A stretch of 32,000 nt of DNA from Desulfobulbus propionicus DSM 2032 (GCF_000186885.1 NC_014972.1:240001-272000), one strand, 5' to 3'. Positions 8,087-16,736 are shown, counted from the stretch's first letter. Notes: generated from the sequence alone by a model not told the origin. A program made the numbers and translations.

Positions 8087-9491
8087 ACTGCCCGGCCTAT
8101 CCAAGGTACAAGGACAGTGGGGTGCAGTGGCTGGGCGAGGTGCCGGAGCATTGGGAGATTCGTCCTATAAAGGCTATTGTCTCCACACCAGTCACCGACG
8201 GGCCTCACGAAACCCCTGAAATATTCGATGAGGGTGTTCCGTTTGTATCGGCAGAGGCTATTAGCAATGGAAAAATCAATTTTAACAAGATTAGAGGGTA
8301 CATTTCAGCAGAAGACCATCGAAAATACTCAAGAAAATACAGACCAGAGTTCGGCGATATTCAGAGTTCGGCGATATTTACATGGTTAAATCTGGTGCAA
8401 CGACCGGCCGTGTTGCGATGGTAGAGACGCATACAGATTTTAATATTTGGTCTCCGCTCGCAGCAATACGGTGCAATCCTTCCCGTGCCGATAAACGATT
8501 CATTTACTTCTATCTTCAGTCCAAAGAGTTTCAAACCGGAGTTGAGCTGAGTTGGAGCTTTGGTACGCAACAGAACATCGGAATGGGTGTTATCCAGAAC
8601 CTTGCGGTTCCGCTTGGTACGATCCCGGAACAAACTGCCATCGCCGATTTTCTCGACCGGGAGACGGGGCGGATCGATACGCTGGTGACAAAAAAGCGGC
8701 GGCTGATCGCGCTGCTGGGGGAGAAGCGCACCGCGCTCATCTCCCGCACCGTCACCCGTGGCCTGCCCGCCGAGGCCGCCCGCGAATTCGGCCTCAAACC
8801 CCACACCCGCTTCAAGGATTCCGGCATCGAGTGGCTGGGTGAGGTGCCGGAGGGGTGGGAGGTAGTCAAGTTTTCAAGAGAAGTTAAAATAGCCGAAGGT
8901 CAAGTTGATCCAGAACGTGAGCCCTACTCTACAATGGTTCTGATTGGGCCAGAACATGTTGAGGCAGGAACTGGCCGTTTAGTAAGCGAAGCTACAGCTG
9001 AAGATCAGGCAGCAATCAGCGGTAAATATTACTGCCATAAAGGTGAGGTAATCTATTCAAAAATCCGTCCCGCACTTAGGAAGGTCGTTAAGGCAAAAAA
9101 CGATTGCCTGTGCAGTGCTGACATGTATCCACTGGGAGGTAGAGATAAGTTACTGAACGATTACATATACTGGCTCTTCCTATCAGATCAGTTTGCGGCT
9201 TGGTCAGTTCTGGAGGCTGACAGGGTAGCAATGCCTAAGATCAATCGTAATACATTGAATGAGCTACGGTTACCCGTACCGGTTGGCTCTGAGCAAGCCG
9301 CCATCGCCACCTACCTCAACCGCGAAACCGCCAAGATTGATCAACTGTTTACTAAGGTCGAGGCGGCCATCGTCCGTTTGCTGGAGTACCGCACCGCGCT
9401 GATCACTGCCGCGGTCACCGGCAAGATCGATGTGCGGGGGAAGGCGGACAAACAGGGACTAACACGGACGGATCGGACTGATCCGAACTGA
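8083..9491 (+). pseudogene. hsdS: Type I R-M specificity subunit S, split by a 17-bp tandem duplication
   Basis: Two ORFs (8083-8424 and 8382-9491) together give a full HsdS. It has two target-recognition domains and the two conserved helical repeats (IPEQTAIADFLDRETGRIDTLV... and EQAAIATYLNRETAKIDQLF...). Deleting one copy of the 17-bp repeat joins ...RPEFGDI to YMVKSGATTGRVAMV... in frame. Confidence 0.9.
8345..8378 (+). repeat. Perfect tandem duplication, 2 x 17 bp (CAGAGTTCGGCGATATT)
   Basis: 8345-8361 is identical to 8362-8378. The +17 nt shifts the hsdS frame by +2, matching the frame offset between the two hsdS ORFs. Confidence 0.97.
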
Positions 9492-9542
9492 TCTGAACTG
9501 GACAGATCGACACCAACCAGGGGAGGCACAACAGAAGGCACG

Positions 9543-10199
9543 GTGGAAAAAGAACCTCTGATTCCCAAACATGGCGGCTACCGGAAACTGAAAAGTTTCC
9601 AGGTCGCGCAGTTGGTGTATGACATCACGGTGCGATTCTGCGACCGCTACATTGACCGTCGCAGCCGTACCCACGACCAGATGGTGCAGGCAGCGCGCAG
9701 CGGTGTGCAGAACATTGCCGAAGGGTCGCTGGCCTCGGCCACCTCGAAGAAGATGGAACTCAAACTCACCCAGGTGGCCCGCGCCAGCCTGGAAGAGCTC
9801 AAGCTCGACTACGAAGATTTCCTGCGGCAGCGGGGGCTGGCCATGCTGGAGCCCAGCCATCCTGCGCTGACGCGCTTCAAAAAGCACAAACCGCAAACGG
9901 TTGCGGCGTTTGCGGCCTGGATCGAAGAAGAGCGGCAAAGGAACACGGACGGACCAGGACAGACACAGATGGGCAAGGACAGCCGGATCGACGAGTCGTC
10001 GGTGCCGGTCGGTGCTGGTCCGTGTCAGTCCTTGTCATCCGCCTGCCTGGCGGCCAATGGGGCGCTTTCGCTGCTCAACCTGGCCTGCTATCTTCTTGAG
10101 CGCCAGGTGGCGCAGCTTGCCGACACCTTTGAAAAAGAAGGCGGCTTCACTGAGCGGCTCTACCGGGTGCGCACCGCTAATAGGAGGAGCAAAGGATGA
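9543..10199 (+). CDS. Four-helix-bundle protein of the type often found inside type I R-M operons
   Basis: ...YRKLKSFQVAQLVYDITVRFCDRYIDRRSRTHDQMVQAARSGVQNIAEGS...LEELKLDYEDFLRQRGL fits the four-helix-bundle family (23S rRNA intervening-sequence-protein-like) as I recall it. It has a GTG start, and its stop overlaps the hsdR start (ATGA at 10196-10199). Confidence 0.65.
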   Translation: MEKEPLIPKHGGYRKLKSFQVAQLVYDITVRFCDRYIDRRSRTHDQMVQAARSGVQNIAEGSLASATSKKMELKLTQVARASLEELKLDYEDFLRQRGLAMLEPSHPALTRFKKHKPQTVAAFAAWIEEERQRNTDGPGQTQMGKDSRIDESSVPVGAGPCQSLSSACLAANGALSLLNLACYLLERQVAQLADTFEKEGGFTERLYRVRTANRRSKG

Positions 10200-13100
10200 G
10201 CACACAGACCAGCGAAAAAGCCTTTGAAACCTATGTCGAGCACATGCTGCTGGCCAAGGGTTGGCAGCAGGGTTCGGTGAGTGAGTGGGACCAAGAGCGG
10301 GCGCTGTTCCCCGGTCAGATTGTTGCGTACATCGCCGCCACCCAGCCGCAGTTGTGGCAGGCAATGCGCGGCCAGCACGGGGCGCAGTTGGAACCGATGT
10401 TGCTGTCAACGTTGGTCAAGGAACTGGCCATCAAGGGCTCACTCTCTGTGCTGCGCCACGGTTTCAAGTTCTACGGCAAGACCTTTCGCCTGGCCACCTT
10501 CAAGCCTGCACATGGCCTCAATGACGAGGTCTTGGCCCAGTATCAGGCCAATCGCTTGACCGTCACCCGGCAGGTGGCCTGCCATCCGGGCGACCATTCG
10601 ACGGTCGATTTGCTCTTTGCCGTCAATGGCCTGCCGGTTGCCACTTGTGAGCTGAAAAATCCCTGGACCGGCCAGAGCTGGCGTCATGCAGTGCGCCAGT
10701 ACCAGGAGGACCGCAACCCGCGCGCGCCGTTGTTCGCGTTCAAAGAGCGGGCCTTGGTCCATTTTGCCGCCGACCCGGATGAAGTGCACATGACCACCCG
10801 GCTGGCCGGGGCCAAGACCTTCTTCCTGCCCTTCAATCGCGGCAGCCACCCTGGTGCGGTGCAGTGCGGCGCGGGCAATTCGCAACACGCTTGCGGCTAC
10901 CGCACCGGCTACTTCTGGGAGGAGATACTTGAGCGCGAGAGCTTTCTCGACATTCTCGGCCATTTCGTGTTCGTCGAGAAGAAGGAGGAAAAGGTGGACG
11001 GCGGCAAGGGTGGCAGCCGGATCAGGACCCGCGAGACCATGATCTTCCCGCGGTACCACCAGTTGGACGCCACCCGCAAACTGATCGCCGCCGCCCGCGC
11101 CGAGGGGCCGGGGCAGAACTATCTCATTCAGCATTCGGCGGGCAGCGGCAAGACCAACTCCATTTCCTGGCTGTCGCACCGGCTGGCCAGCCTGCATGAC
11201 GAGCACGATCACAAGGTGTTCGACTGCGTCATCGTCATCACCGACCGGCAGGTGCTCGACCGCCAGTTGCAGGATGCCATCTACCAGATCGAACATGCCC
11301 AGGGTGTGGTCAAGGCCATCGACCAGGATTCCAAGCAGTTGGCTTCGGCGCTGATCGACGGCACCAAGATCGTGGTCACCACCCTGCAGAAGTTTCCCTT
11401 TGTGCTGCGCGGCTTGCTCCATACCGCTGGGGCTGAGAACCTGGACAGTCCCGACGATGAGGCAAAGGCGCAGGCCAAGGCCTGGGAGGCTGAAATCGGT
11501 AAACGCCGCTATGCGGTCATTGTGGACGAAGCCCACTCCTCCCAAACCGGTGAGACGGCGCGGGAGCTGAAGGCCATTCTGGGCGCAAGCAACGGCGACA
11601 TGAACGATGACGAGGAGGCTGACTTGGAAGATCGGCTCAATCAGGTGATGGCCTCGCGGGGCCGCCAGCCTAACCTGAGCTTCTTTGCCTACACCGCCAC
11701 CCCCAAAGGAAAAACGCTCGAACTTTTTGGCCGTACCGGTCCCGGCGGCAAGCCGGAACCCTTCCATCTCTACTCCATGCGCCAGGCCATCGAGGAGGGG
11801 TTTATTCTCGATGTGCTGCGGAACTACACCACCTATGCCACCTATTTCCGGCTGATCAAGGCGGTGGAGGACGATCCCGATCTGCCCAAGAAGAAGGCTG
11901 CGCGGGCGCTTTCAAAATTCCTGGTGCTGCACCCGACCAACATCGCCCAGAAGATCGAGGTGATCGTCGAGCATTTCCGGGGCCATGTGCGCACCCATCT
12001 CGGTGGACGGGCCAAGGCGATGGTGGTCACCAGCTCACGCCTGCAGGCGGTGAAATACATGGAGGCTTTCCAGCGCTATATCGGCGAGCAAGGCTACACC
12101 GACATCCGGCCGCTGGTGGCCTTCAGCGGCACGGTGCGCGATCCGGACACCGGCTTGGAATATACCGAACCAGGAATGAATCTTGACGTGGTGGGCGGCA
12201 AGCCAATCAGCGAGAAGCAACTGCCCGAGCGCTTTGCCTCGCCCGATTACCAGGTGCTGCTGGTGGCCAACAAGTACCAAACCGGCTTTGACCAGCCGTT
12301 GTTGATGGCGATGTACGTGGACAAGCGGTTGGACGGCGTGCAGGCGGTGCAGACCCTGTCGCGCCTCAACCGCATGGTGCCGGGCAAGGAGACGCCGTTC
12401 GTGCTTGATTTCGTCAACGAAGCTACGGACATCTACCGAGCCTTCAAACCTTATTTTGATGCCACCAGCCTGCAGGAAAGTTCGGACCCCGCCCTGCTCG
12501 AACAGCTCAAGCATGCGTTGGACGGGTTTCAGGTCTATCACTGGAGCGAGGTGGAGGCCTTTGCCCGCATCTTTTACCGAGCACCAAACAAGCAGAATCC
12601 GGCCGACCATGCTCACTTGCAACGACATCTGCAACCGGCGGTGGATCGCTTCAAGGCGATGGAGGACGAGGAACAACGCGGCGAATTCCGCGACAAGCTG
12701 AGCGGTTACGTGAAGGTGTACAGCTTCCTCAGCCAGATCATCCCCTACGCTGACCCCGATCTGGAGATGCTCTACAGCTTCGGCCGCTTGCTGCTACCGC
12801 ATCTGGTGCTTACACGCGACACCGGCACCGTCAAGCTCGGCGATGAGGTGGGTTTGCAGTACTACCGCCTGCAGCGGGTCTTTTCCGGGGCCATTGAGCT
12901 GCGCGAGGGGGAAGGCGAATACGGGGTGAAGAGCCCCACCGATGTCGGCACCGGCAAGGCCAAGGAAGAAAAAGCGCCGCTGTCGGAGATCATCGAGGTG
13001 TTGAACGACCGTTTCGGCACCAACTTCACCGAAGAGGACCGCCTCTTTTTCGAACAGATCAAGGAGAAGGCGACCAAAAGCCCGGAGGTGGTCCGGCTGC

Positions 13101-13297
13101 GCAGGGCCAACCCTTTTGACAAATTCCAACTGGGCCTGCGCCAGATGCTGGAAGACCTGATGATCCAGCGCATGGGAGAAAACGACAGGATCGTCTCTCG
13201 GTACATGGACGACAAGGCCTTCGAGGATGCCGCCTTCGCGGTCCTCTCCAGGGTGATTTACAAGACAATCCCGGCCGAGGGTGGCGCCGTGGAGTGA
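10196..13297 (+). CDS. hsdR: Type I restriction endonuclease subunit R (SF2 helicase/translocase plus PD-(D/E)xK nuclease)
   Basis: N-terminal nuclease motif (DLLFAVNGLPVATCELKN). Walker A is HSAGSGKTNS and the DEAH box is VIVDEAHSSQ. Later helicase motifs are present (FAYTATP, QTGFDQP). Length 1033 aa. Confidence 0.95.
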   Translation: MSTQTSEKAFETYVEHMLLAKGWQQGSVSEWDQERALFPGQIVAYIAATQPQLWQAMRGQHGAQLEPMLLSTLVKELAIKGSLSVLRHGFKFYGKTFRLATFKPAHGLNDEVLAQYQANRLTVTRQVACHPGDHSTVDLLFAVNGLPVATCELKNPWTGQSWRHAVRQYQEDRNPRAPLFAFKERALVHFAADPDEVHMTTRLAGAKTFFLPFNRGSHPGAVQCGAGNSQHACGYRTGYFWEEILERESFLDILGHFVFVEKKEEKVDGGKGGSRIRTRETMIFPRYHQLDATRKLIAAARAEGPGQNYLIQHSAGSGKTNSISWLSHRLASLHDEHDHKVFDCVIVITDRQVLDRQLQDAIYQIEHAQGVVKAIDQDSKQLASALIDGTKIVVTTLQKFPFVLRGLLHTAGAENLDSPDDEAKAQAKAWEAEIGKRRYAVIVDEAHSSQTGETARELKAILGASNGDMNDDEEADLEDRLNQVMASRGRQPNLSFFAYTATPKGKTLELFGRTGPGGKPEPFHLYSMRQAIEEGFILDVLRNYTTYATYFRLIKAVEDDPDLPKKKAARALSKFLVLHPTNIAQKIEVIVEHFRGHVRTHLGGRAKAMVVTSSRLQAVKYMEAFQRYIGEQGYTDIRPLVAFSGTVRDPDTGLEYTEPGMNLDVVGGKPISEKQLPERFASPDYQVLLVANKYQTGFDQPLLMAMYVDKRLDGVQAVQTLSRLNRMVPGKETPFVLDFVNEATDIYRAFKPYFDATSLQESSDPALLEQLKHALDGFQVYHWSEVEAFARIFYRAPNKQNPADHAHLQRHLQPAVDRFKAMEDEEQRGEFRDKLSGYVKVYSFLSQIIPYADPDLEMLYSFGRLLLPHLVLTRDTGTVKLGDEVGLQYYRLQRVFSGAIELREGEGEYGVKSPTDVGTGKAKEEKAPLSEIIEVLNDRFGTNFTEEDRLFFEQIKEKATKSPEVVRLRRANPFDKFQLGLRQMLEDLMIQRMGENDRIVSRYMDDKAFEDAAFAVLSRVIYKTIPAEGGAVE

Positions 13298-13352
13298 GGG
13301 ATGAGCTGTTTACAGGTTCCGAGTCAAGTGGTGGCGAATAAAGGAAGAAACA

Positions 13353-13667
13353 ATGGATACAGATGATTTCTCGGAAATGGCCCGGGAGGTTATTGTGCGG
13401 GCTGCTCAGGTTTCCGATTCTTTGAAGGCGGAACTCGGTGCAATGAGCATGGAGCATGCAACTGAGGATGATTGGCTTCGGGGGGCCTGGGAATATCTCC
13501 AGGAGATTGCTGAAGCGCCGGAGGAATTTGTCGAATTCTGGAATCTGGAAGAGGAAGAAAGGGTGACGGCGACAATGATCAGTGAATTGGCGGTGGATCT
13601 TGCCAGCCAGGTGGAAAAAGTGCTGGCCACGCCGATGGCAGAACGTGGCTTTGAGGAGATGGAATGA
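13353..13667 (+). CDS. Hypothetical small, strongly acidic protein (104 aa; roughly 27 D/E versus 7 K/R)
   Basis: AAGGAAG lies 5 nt upstream of the ATG. It is translationally coupled (ATGA at 13664-13667) to the next ORF. I recognise no motif. Confidence 0.55.
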   Translation: MDTDDFSEMAREVIVRAAQVSDSLKAELGAMSMEHATEDDWLRGAWEYLQEIAEAPEEFVEFWNLEEEERVTATMISELAVDLASQVEKVLATPMAERGFEEME

Positions 13668-14215
13668 TGTCGGGTGCCAAGAAAAAGCCGACGTGGAATG
13701 ACCTCAAACGCACCATCGGCGGCTTGGACCGAGATGCCCTGCTGGGCTTGGTGCATGATCTCTATGTAGCCCACAAGGAGAACAAAACCTTCCTGCACGC
13801 ACGATTTGGCTTGGGCGACGATGTTTTGGAACCTTACAAGGCGACCATCTCCCGCTGGGTTTGTCCCGATGTGATGCGTAACCAGGATTACTCGGTTTCC
13901 AAGGCCAAGAAGGCGATCTCGGATTACAAAAAGGCCGTTGGTCATGCCGAGGGGCTGGCTGAGTTAACGGTGTTCTATTGCGAATCCTGCCGGGATTTTC
14001 TTGGATTTTGCAGCGTAGATGACGAGGTGTATTTCAATGCCCTGGTGCGAATGTTCGAGCAGGCTTTGAAATGGATCCGGCAGCTTGATTCGGATCAGCA
14101 AGAACACTATCTGGAGCGGCTTGATAGTGTTCACTATCGAGCCGGCGATTGGGGATGGGGCGTGAGCAGCGACATGAGCGAGCTGATGGCGGAGTATGGA
14201 TTTGCCGAAAAATGA
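13664..14215 (+). CDS. Hypothetical protein (183 aa); layout reminiscent of DUF6155-type proteins (from memory, unverified)
   Basis: Clean ORF coupled to the upstream acidic ORF. It ends 50 nt before the point where int1 homology stops. Confidence 0.55.
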   Translation: MMSGAKKKPTWNDLKRTIGGLDRDALLGLVHDLYVAHKENKTFLHARFGLGDDVLEPYKATISRWVCPDVMRNQDYSVSKAKKAISDYKKAVGHAEGLAELTVFYCESCRDFLGFCSVDDEVYFNALVRMFEQALKWIRQLDSDQQEHYLERLDSVHYRAGDWGWGVSSDMSELMAEYGFAEK

Positions 14216-14264
14216 CGAGCCTTTGAATGTGCAAGATGAACTCAAGCGGCTGCATGAGGAGAAT

Positions 14265-15407
14265 GTAGGCTGCTCCCAGGGGGCCTTTGACTGCGTGGCC
14301 GAGTTGGCGTTCAATAGGCTCTTCATCGCAACCAAGCTCCTGGCGGATAAGCGTTCTGGCAGTTGCCCTGAGTCCATGGACATGCAATTCTTCCTGGCTG
14401 TATCCCATGCGTCTGAGGGCATTGGTCAAGGTGGCATCGCTCATTGGCCTAGCCGTTGATCGCAGGCCGGGGAAGAGATATTTTCCCTGGCCGGTCAAGG
14501 CCTGGACCTCCCGCAGGATATCAATAACCTGGGTTGCCAAAGGCGCCAGATGAAAAGCTGAACCGCTGGTCTCTTTATCTCGCTTGCGCCCTTTCATCTT
14601 GGCAAGGGGGATACGCCATTCCGCTTTCGCAAAATCGAATTCCGACCATTCGGCAAAACGAATCTCCTTGCTTCGCAAAAAGACATGTGGCGTCAGCTGC
14701 AAGGCGCAGCGTGTGATCGGCGAGCCGGGATATCGGTCAATGGCCCGGAGTAATTCTCCAACCTGCTTGGGATCGGTGATGGAGGACATGTGGCTGACAT
14801 TGGGTCGCGGGATCGCGCCTCGAAGGTCAGCGGCCGGATTACGCTCCGCCCGGCCGGTGGCAATGGCATACATGAAGACTTGGCCGGCATTGGTCTGTGC
14901 CCGATGGGCATTTTCCAGGTGCCCCCGAGCCTCAATGCGACGTAAAGCCGAAAGCAATTCCGGTGCTGATATCTCGCCAACGGGACGAGCGCCAATCCAT
15001 GGAAATAAATCGCGACGCAGGCGGCCGGAGATGCTCTCCAGATGACTTTCTGTCCACTGATGCTTGAATTTCTCCAGTCACTCTTCGGCAACGGTTTGAA
15101 AGGTGTTGTCCGTTGCGTTTGTACCTTTGCGAATTTTTCTGACGAGGCCCGGATCAACACCCTCTGCAAGTTGCTCTTTTGCCTGTTGGGCGCTTTTTCG
15201 TGCCTTGGCAATCGATACGTTGGGATAGACGCCCAGGGCGAGCAGCTTTTGTTTGCCGCCGTACCGGTACGCCATGCGCCAATATTTGGAGCCGTTCGGC
15301 CTGACTTCCAGAAACAATCCGCCACGATCCGCCAACCTCTTGGTTGTTGCTCCTGGTTTGGCGTTTCGTAGCGCCAGTTTGGTTAATTTGTTGGTCATTC
15401 CACCCAT
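14265..15407 (-). pseudogene. P4-type tyrosine integrase (int1): in-frame TGA nonsense codon plus replaced C-terminus
   Basis: ORFs 15078-15566 and 14034-14957 are in the same frame, separated only by a TGA at 15078-15080. The aligned residue in int2 is Trp (AEE*LEKFKHQW versus AREWFLKNKHTW). The catalytic R, HxxR and H...Y (LGHAVKGPLGAAY) are present. Similarity to int2 ends right after the Tyr (about 14265), and the reading frame then runs antisense into the 183-aa gene. The start is the ATG at 15407, after GGGAGG. Confidence 0.85.
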
Positions 15408-15545
15408 GTTGGTACCTCCCGTTGCGAAGAAAACCGGTTTGTTTGTCCGAACGTATCGAAATGGCAGGAATTTTTCGAATAACTGTTGGCACCGTGTTGG
15501 TACCAACATGAGGGGTGTTGGTACATGCCCCTGAGAGTACCAACA
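15407..15545. repeat. Six copies of TGTTGGTAC (both orientations) at and upstream of the int1 start; candidate arm-type or regulatory sites
   Basis: Copies at 15407-15415, 15484-15492 (variant TGTTGGCAC), 15495-15503, 15500-15508 (inverted, forming the palindrome TGTTGGTACCAACA), 15516-15524 and 15537-15545 (inverted). Confidence 0.5.
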
Positions 15546-15590
15546 AATACAACCAGATCTGCTCAAATTGCAACGGACACCCCTGGACGC

Positions 15591-15623
15591 AAAAAGCCCG
15601 CAATCCTTGTCGAATTGCGGGCT
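15591..15623 (-). terminator. Rho-independent terminator (minus strand)
   Basis: Perfect 10-bp stem AGCCCGCAAT/ATTGCGGGCT with a 9-nt loop, followed on the minus strand by TTTTT. It occupies the same relative position upstream of int1 as the tRNA-Ser terminator does upstream of int2. Confidence 0.7.
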
Positions 15624-15727
15624 TAATGGACATCTTTAGATGGTGTTGGACAATGACATGGGAAGCAGACCTTCACATTGAGCCGCCAACTATCAGTTTT
15701 CATTCAAACTTGCCAATTCAAATCCGA

Positions 15728-15750
15728 GAGATACCATCAAAAGTACCATC
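15728..15750 (+). repeat. 23-nt repeat GAGATACCATCAAAAGTACCATC (copy 1), candidate Int2 arm-type site at the distal end of element B
   Basis: 22/23 identical to 28488-28510, in direct orientation. It contains two TACCATC half-sites. Confidence 0.6.
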
Positions 15751-15769
15751 ACGGCCTGCCGGTACCCCA

Positions 15770-16246
15770 TTATTCAGGGTCGATTTTGACGTTCGGCTTG
15801 GTCTCTTTCACGGCCACATATTTTTCAATGGCGGCCTTGACCTCATCAGGATCCTGGATGCCTAAAGCGTGTCCGGACTGCATGAATTTTTTGAAATCCG
15901 ATGTGGTCTTGTAGGTGGTGCTCTTGATGAAGAACCGAGCAAACAATGGCCCCAGGGGAACCGCGATATCTTCCACCTTTTTGCTCACCGAAAAAGATTC
16001 TCTGAAGGTGACAACTGCCTTGGCCGACACCCCTTGAAGGGAAACGGTGGTGCTCCCTTCCCGCCGGGCCTGCGCTATCTCTATGAGCCTGGATTGTACA
16101 GCGTCAAGTTCACCTTGCGCGGCATCTACCTTACTCTTGAGCCTCAGGCCTTTTTGGATGAGTTTTTCAATGTCCGCATCTTCGGCGGGCATGAGATATT
16201 TCTTTCCATCTACCTGAACCTTCTTGATTTCCTTGACAGGTTTCAT
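15770..16246 (-). CDS. Hypothetical protein (158 aa) with an N-terminal coiled coil; faint resemblance to Mu Gam-type proteins (unverified)
   Basis: Preferred start is the ATG at 16246 (MKPVKEIKK...), preceded by GGGGGAG. The ORF track begins upstream at 16303. Confidence 0.55.
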   Translation of the reverse strand: MKPVKEIKKVQVDGKKYLMPAEDADIEKLIQKGLRLKSKVDAAQGELDAVQSRLIEIAQARREGSTTVSLQGVSAKAVVTFRESFSVSKKVEDIAVPLGPLFARFFIKSTTYKTTSDFKKFMQSGHALGIQDPDEVKAAIEKYVAVKETKPNVKIDPE

Positions 16247-16736
16247 TGACTCCCCCTTTTTCATGACAACGCTGATCCCGCCAAGTCCCGCAAGATCCCA
16301 CATAGTCCCGGATAATTGTTAGAAATATGAAACTTTCTTCGTTCTTGGTAGCAACTAGAGGCCGACACGCACTATTCAAAAAATTTGCGGCAAATCAGGC
16401 CAGGACCACCGGCCAGGAACCCGCAAAAATCTGGCATGGTGAAAGTTTGCATGTTAAAACGGGCCAAAAATTTAACATTTTCCAGACCATTTGCGCAAGC
16501 AGGTATATGAAATTAAAGATAAATTTCAAAAGTGCTATAAGAACCACTATCATCATCACAACTGTTTTTCCGGGCTTGCAATCAACGAAGAAAATAGCGC
16601 AACATTTTGATATTATTGTATAAATAGAAAGGCCAGCTTTAGGGCATGGGGTATAATCTTACTATTACACAAAGTCTGGTATTTTATCACGCAAAGACAG
16701 GCGGTTGCAAACGTGTTAAAACGGTTTGCGCCCTGT

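Noticed and set aside
9461-9953. 12-nt direct repeat AACACGGACGGA at 9461-9472 and 9942-9953, flanking the 5' half of the four-helix-bundle gene.
   Set aside because: Tens of exact 12-mer pairs are expected by chance in a 32-kb window (about N^2/2 divided by 4^12). Both copies lie in ACGG/GAC-rich low-complexity sequence, and there is no supporting structure.
14187-14194. TGGCGGAG matching the last 8 nt of the tRNA-Ser gene (plus strand), near the int1 truncation point; considered as an att remnant.
   Set aside because: The match is only 8 nt and lies inside the coding sequence of the 183-aa ORF. It is also on the wrong side of int1 for an att site of this architecture.
15078-15080. In-frame TGA in int1 considered as selenocysteine or a reassigned codon.
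   Set aside because: The aligned residue in the paralog int2 is Trp (TGG), so a single G-to-A transition explains it. TGA is used as a normal stop by many genes in this window. int1 is also independently truncated.
15706-15727. CCAATTCAAATCCGAGAG, resembling a tRNA T-loop (GGTTCAAATCC).
   Set aside because: There is no complementary T-stem or acceptor stem around it, and the orientation is opposite to tRNA-Ser. It is a chance resemblance.
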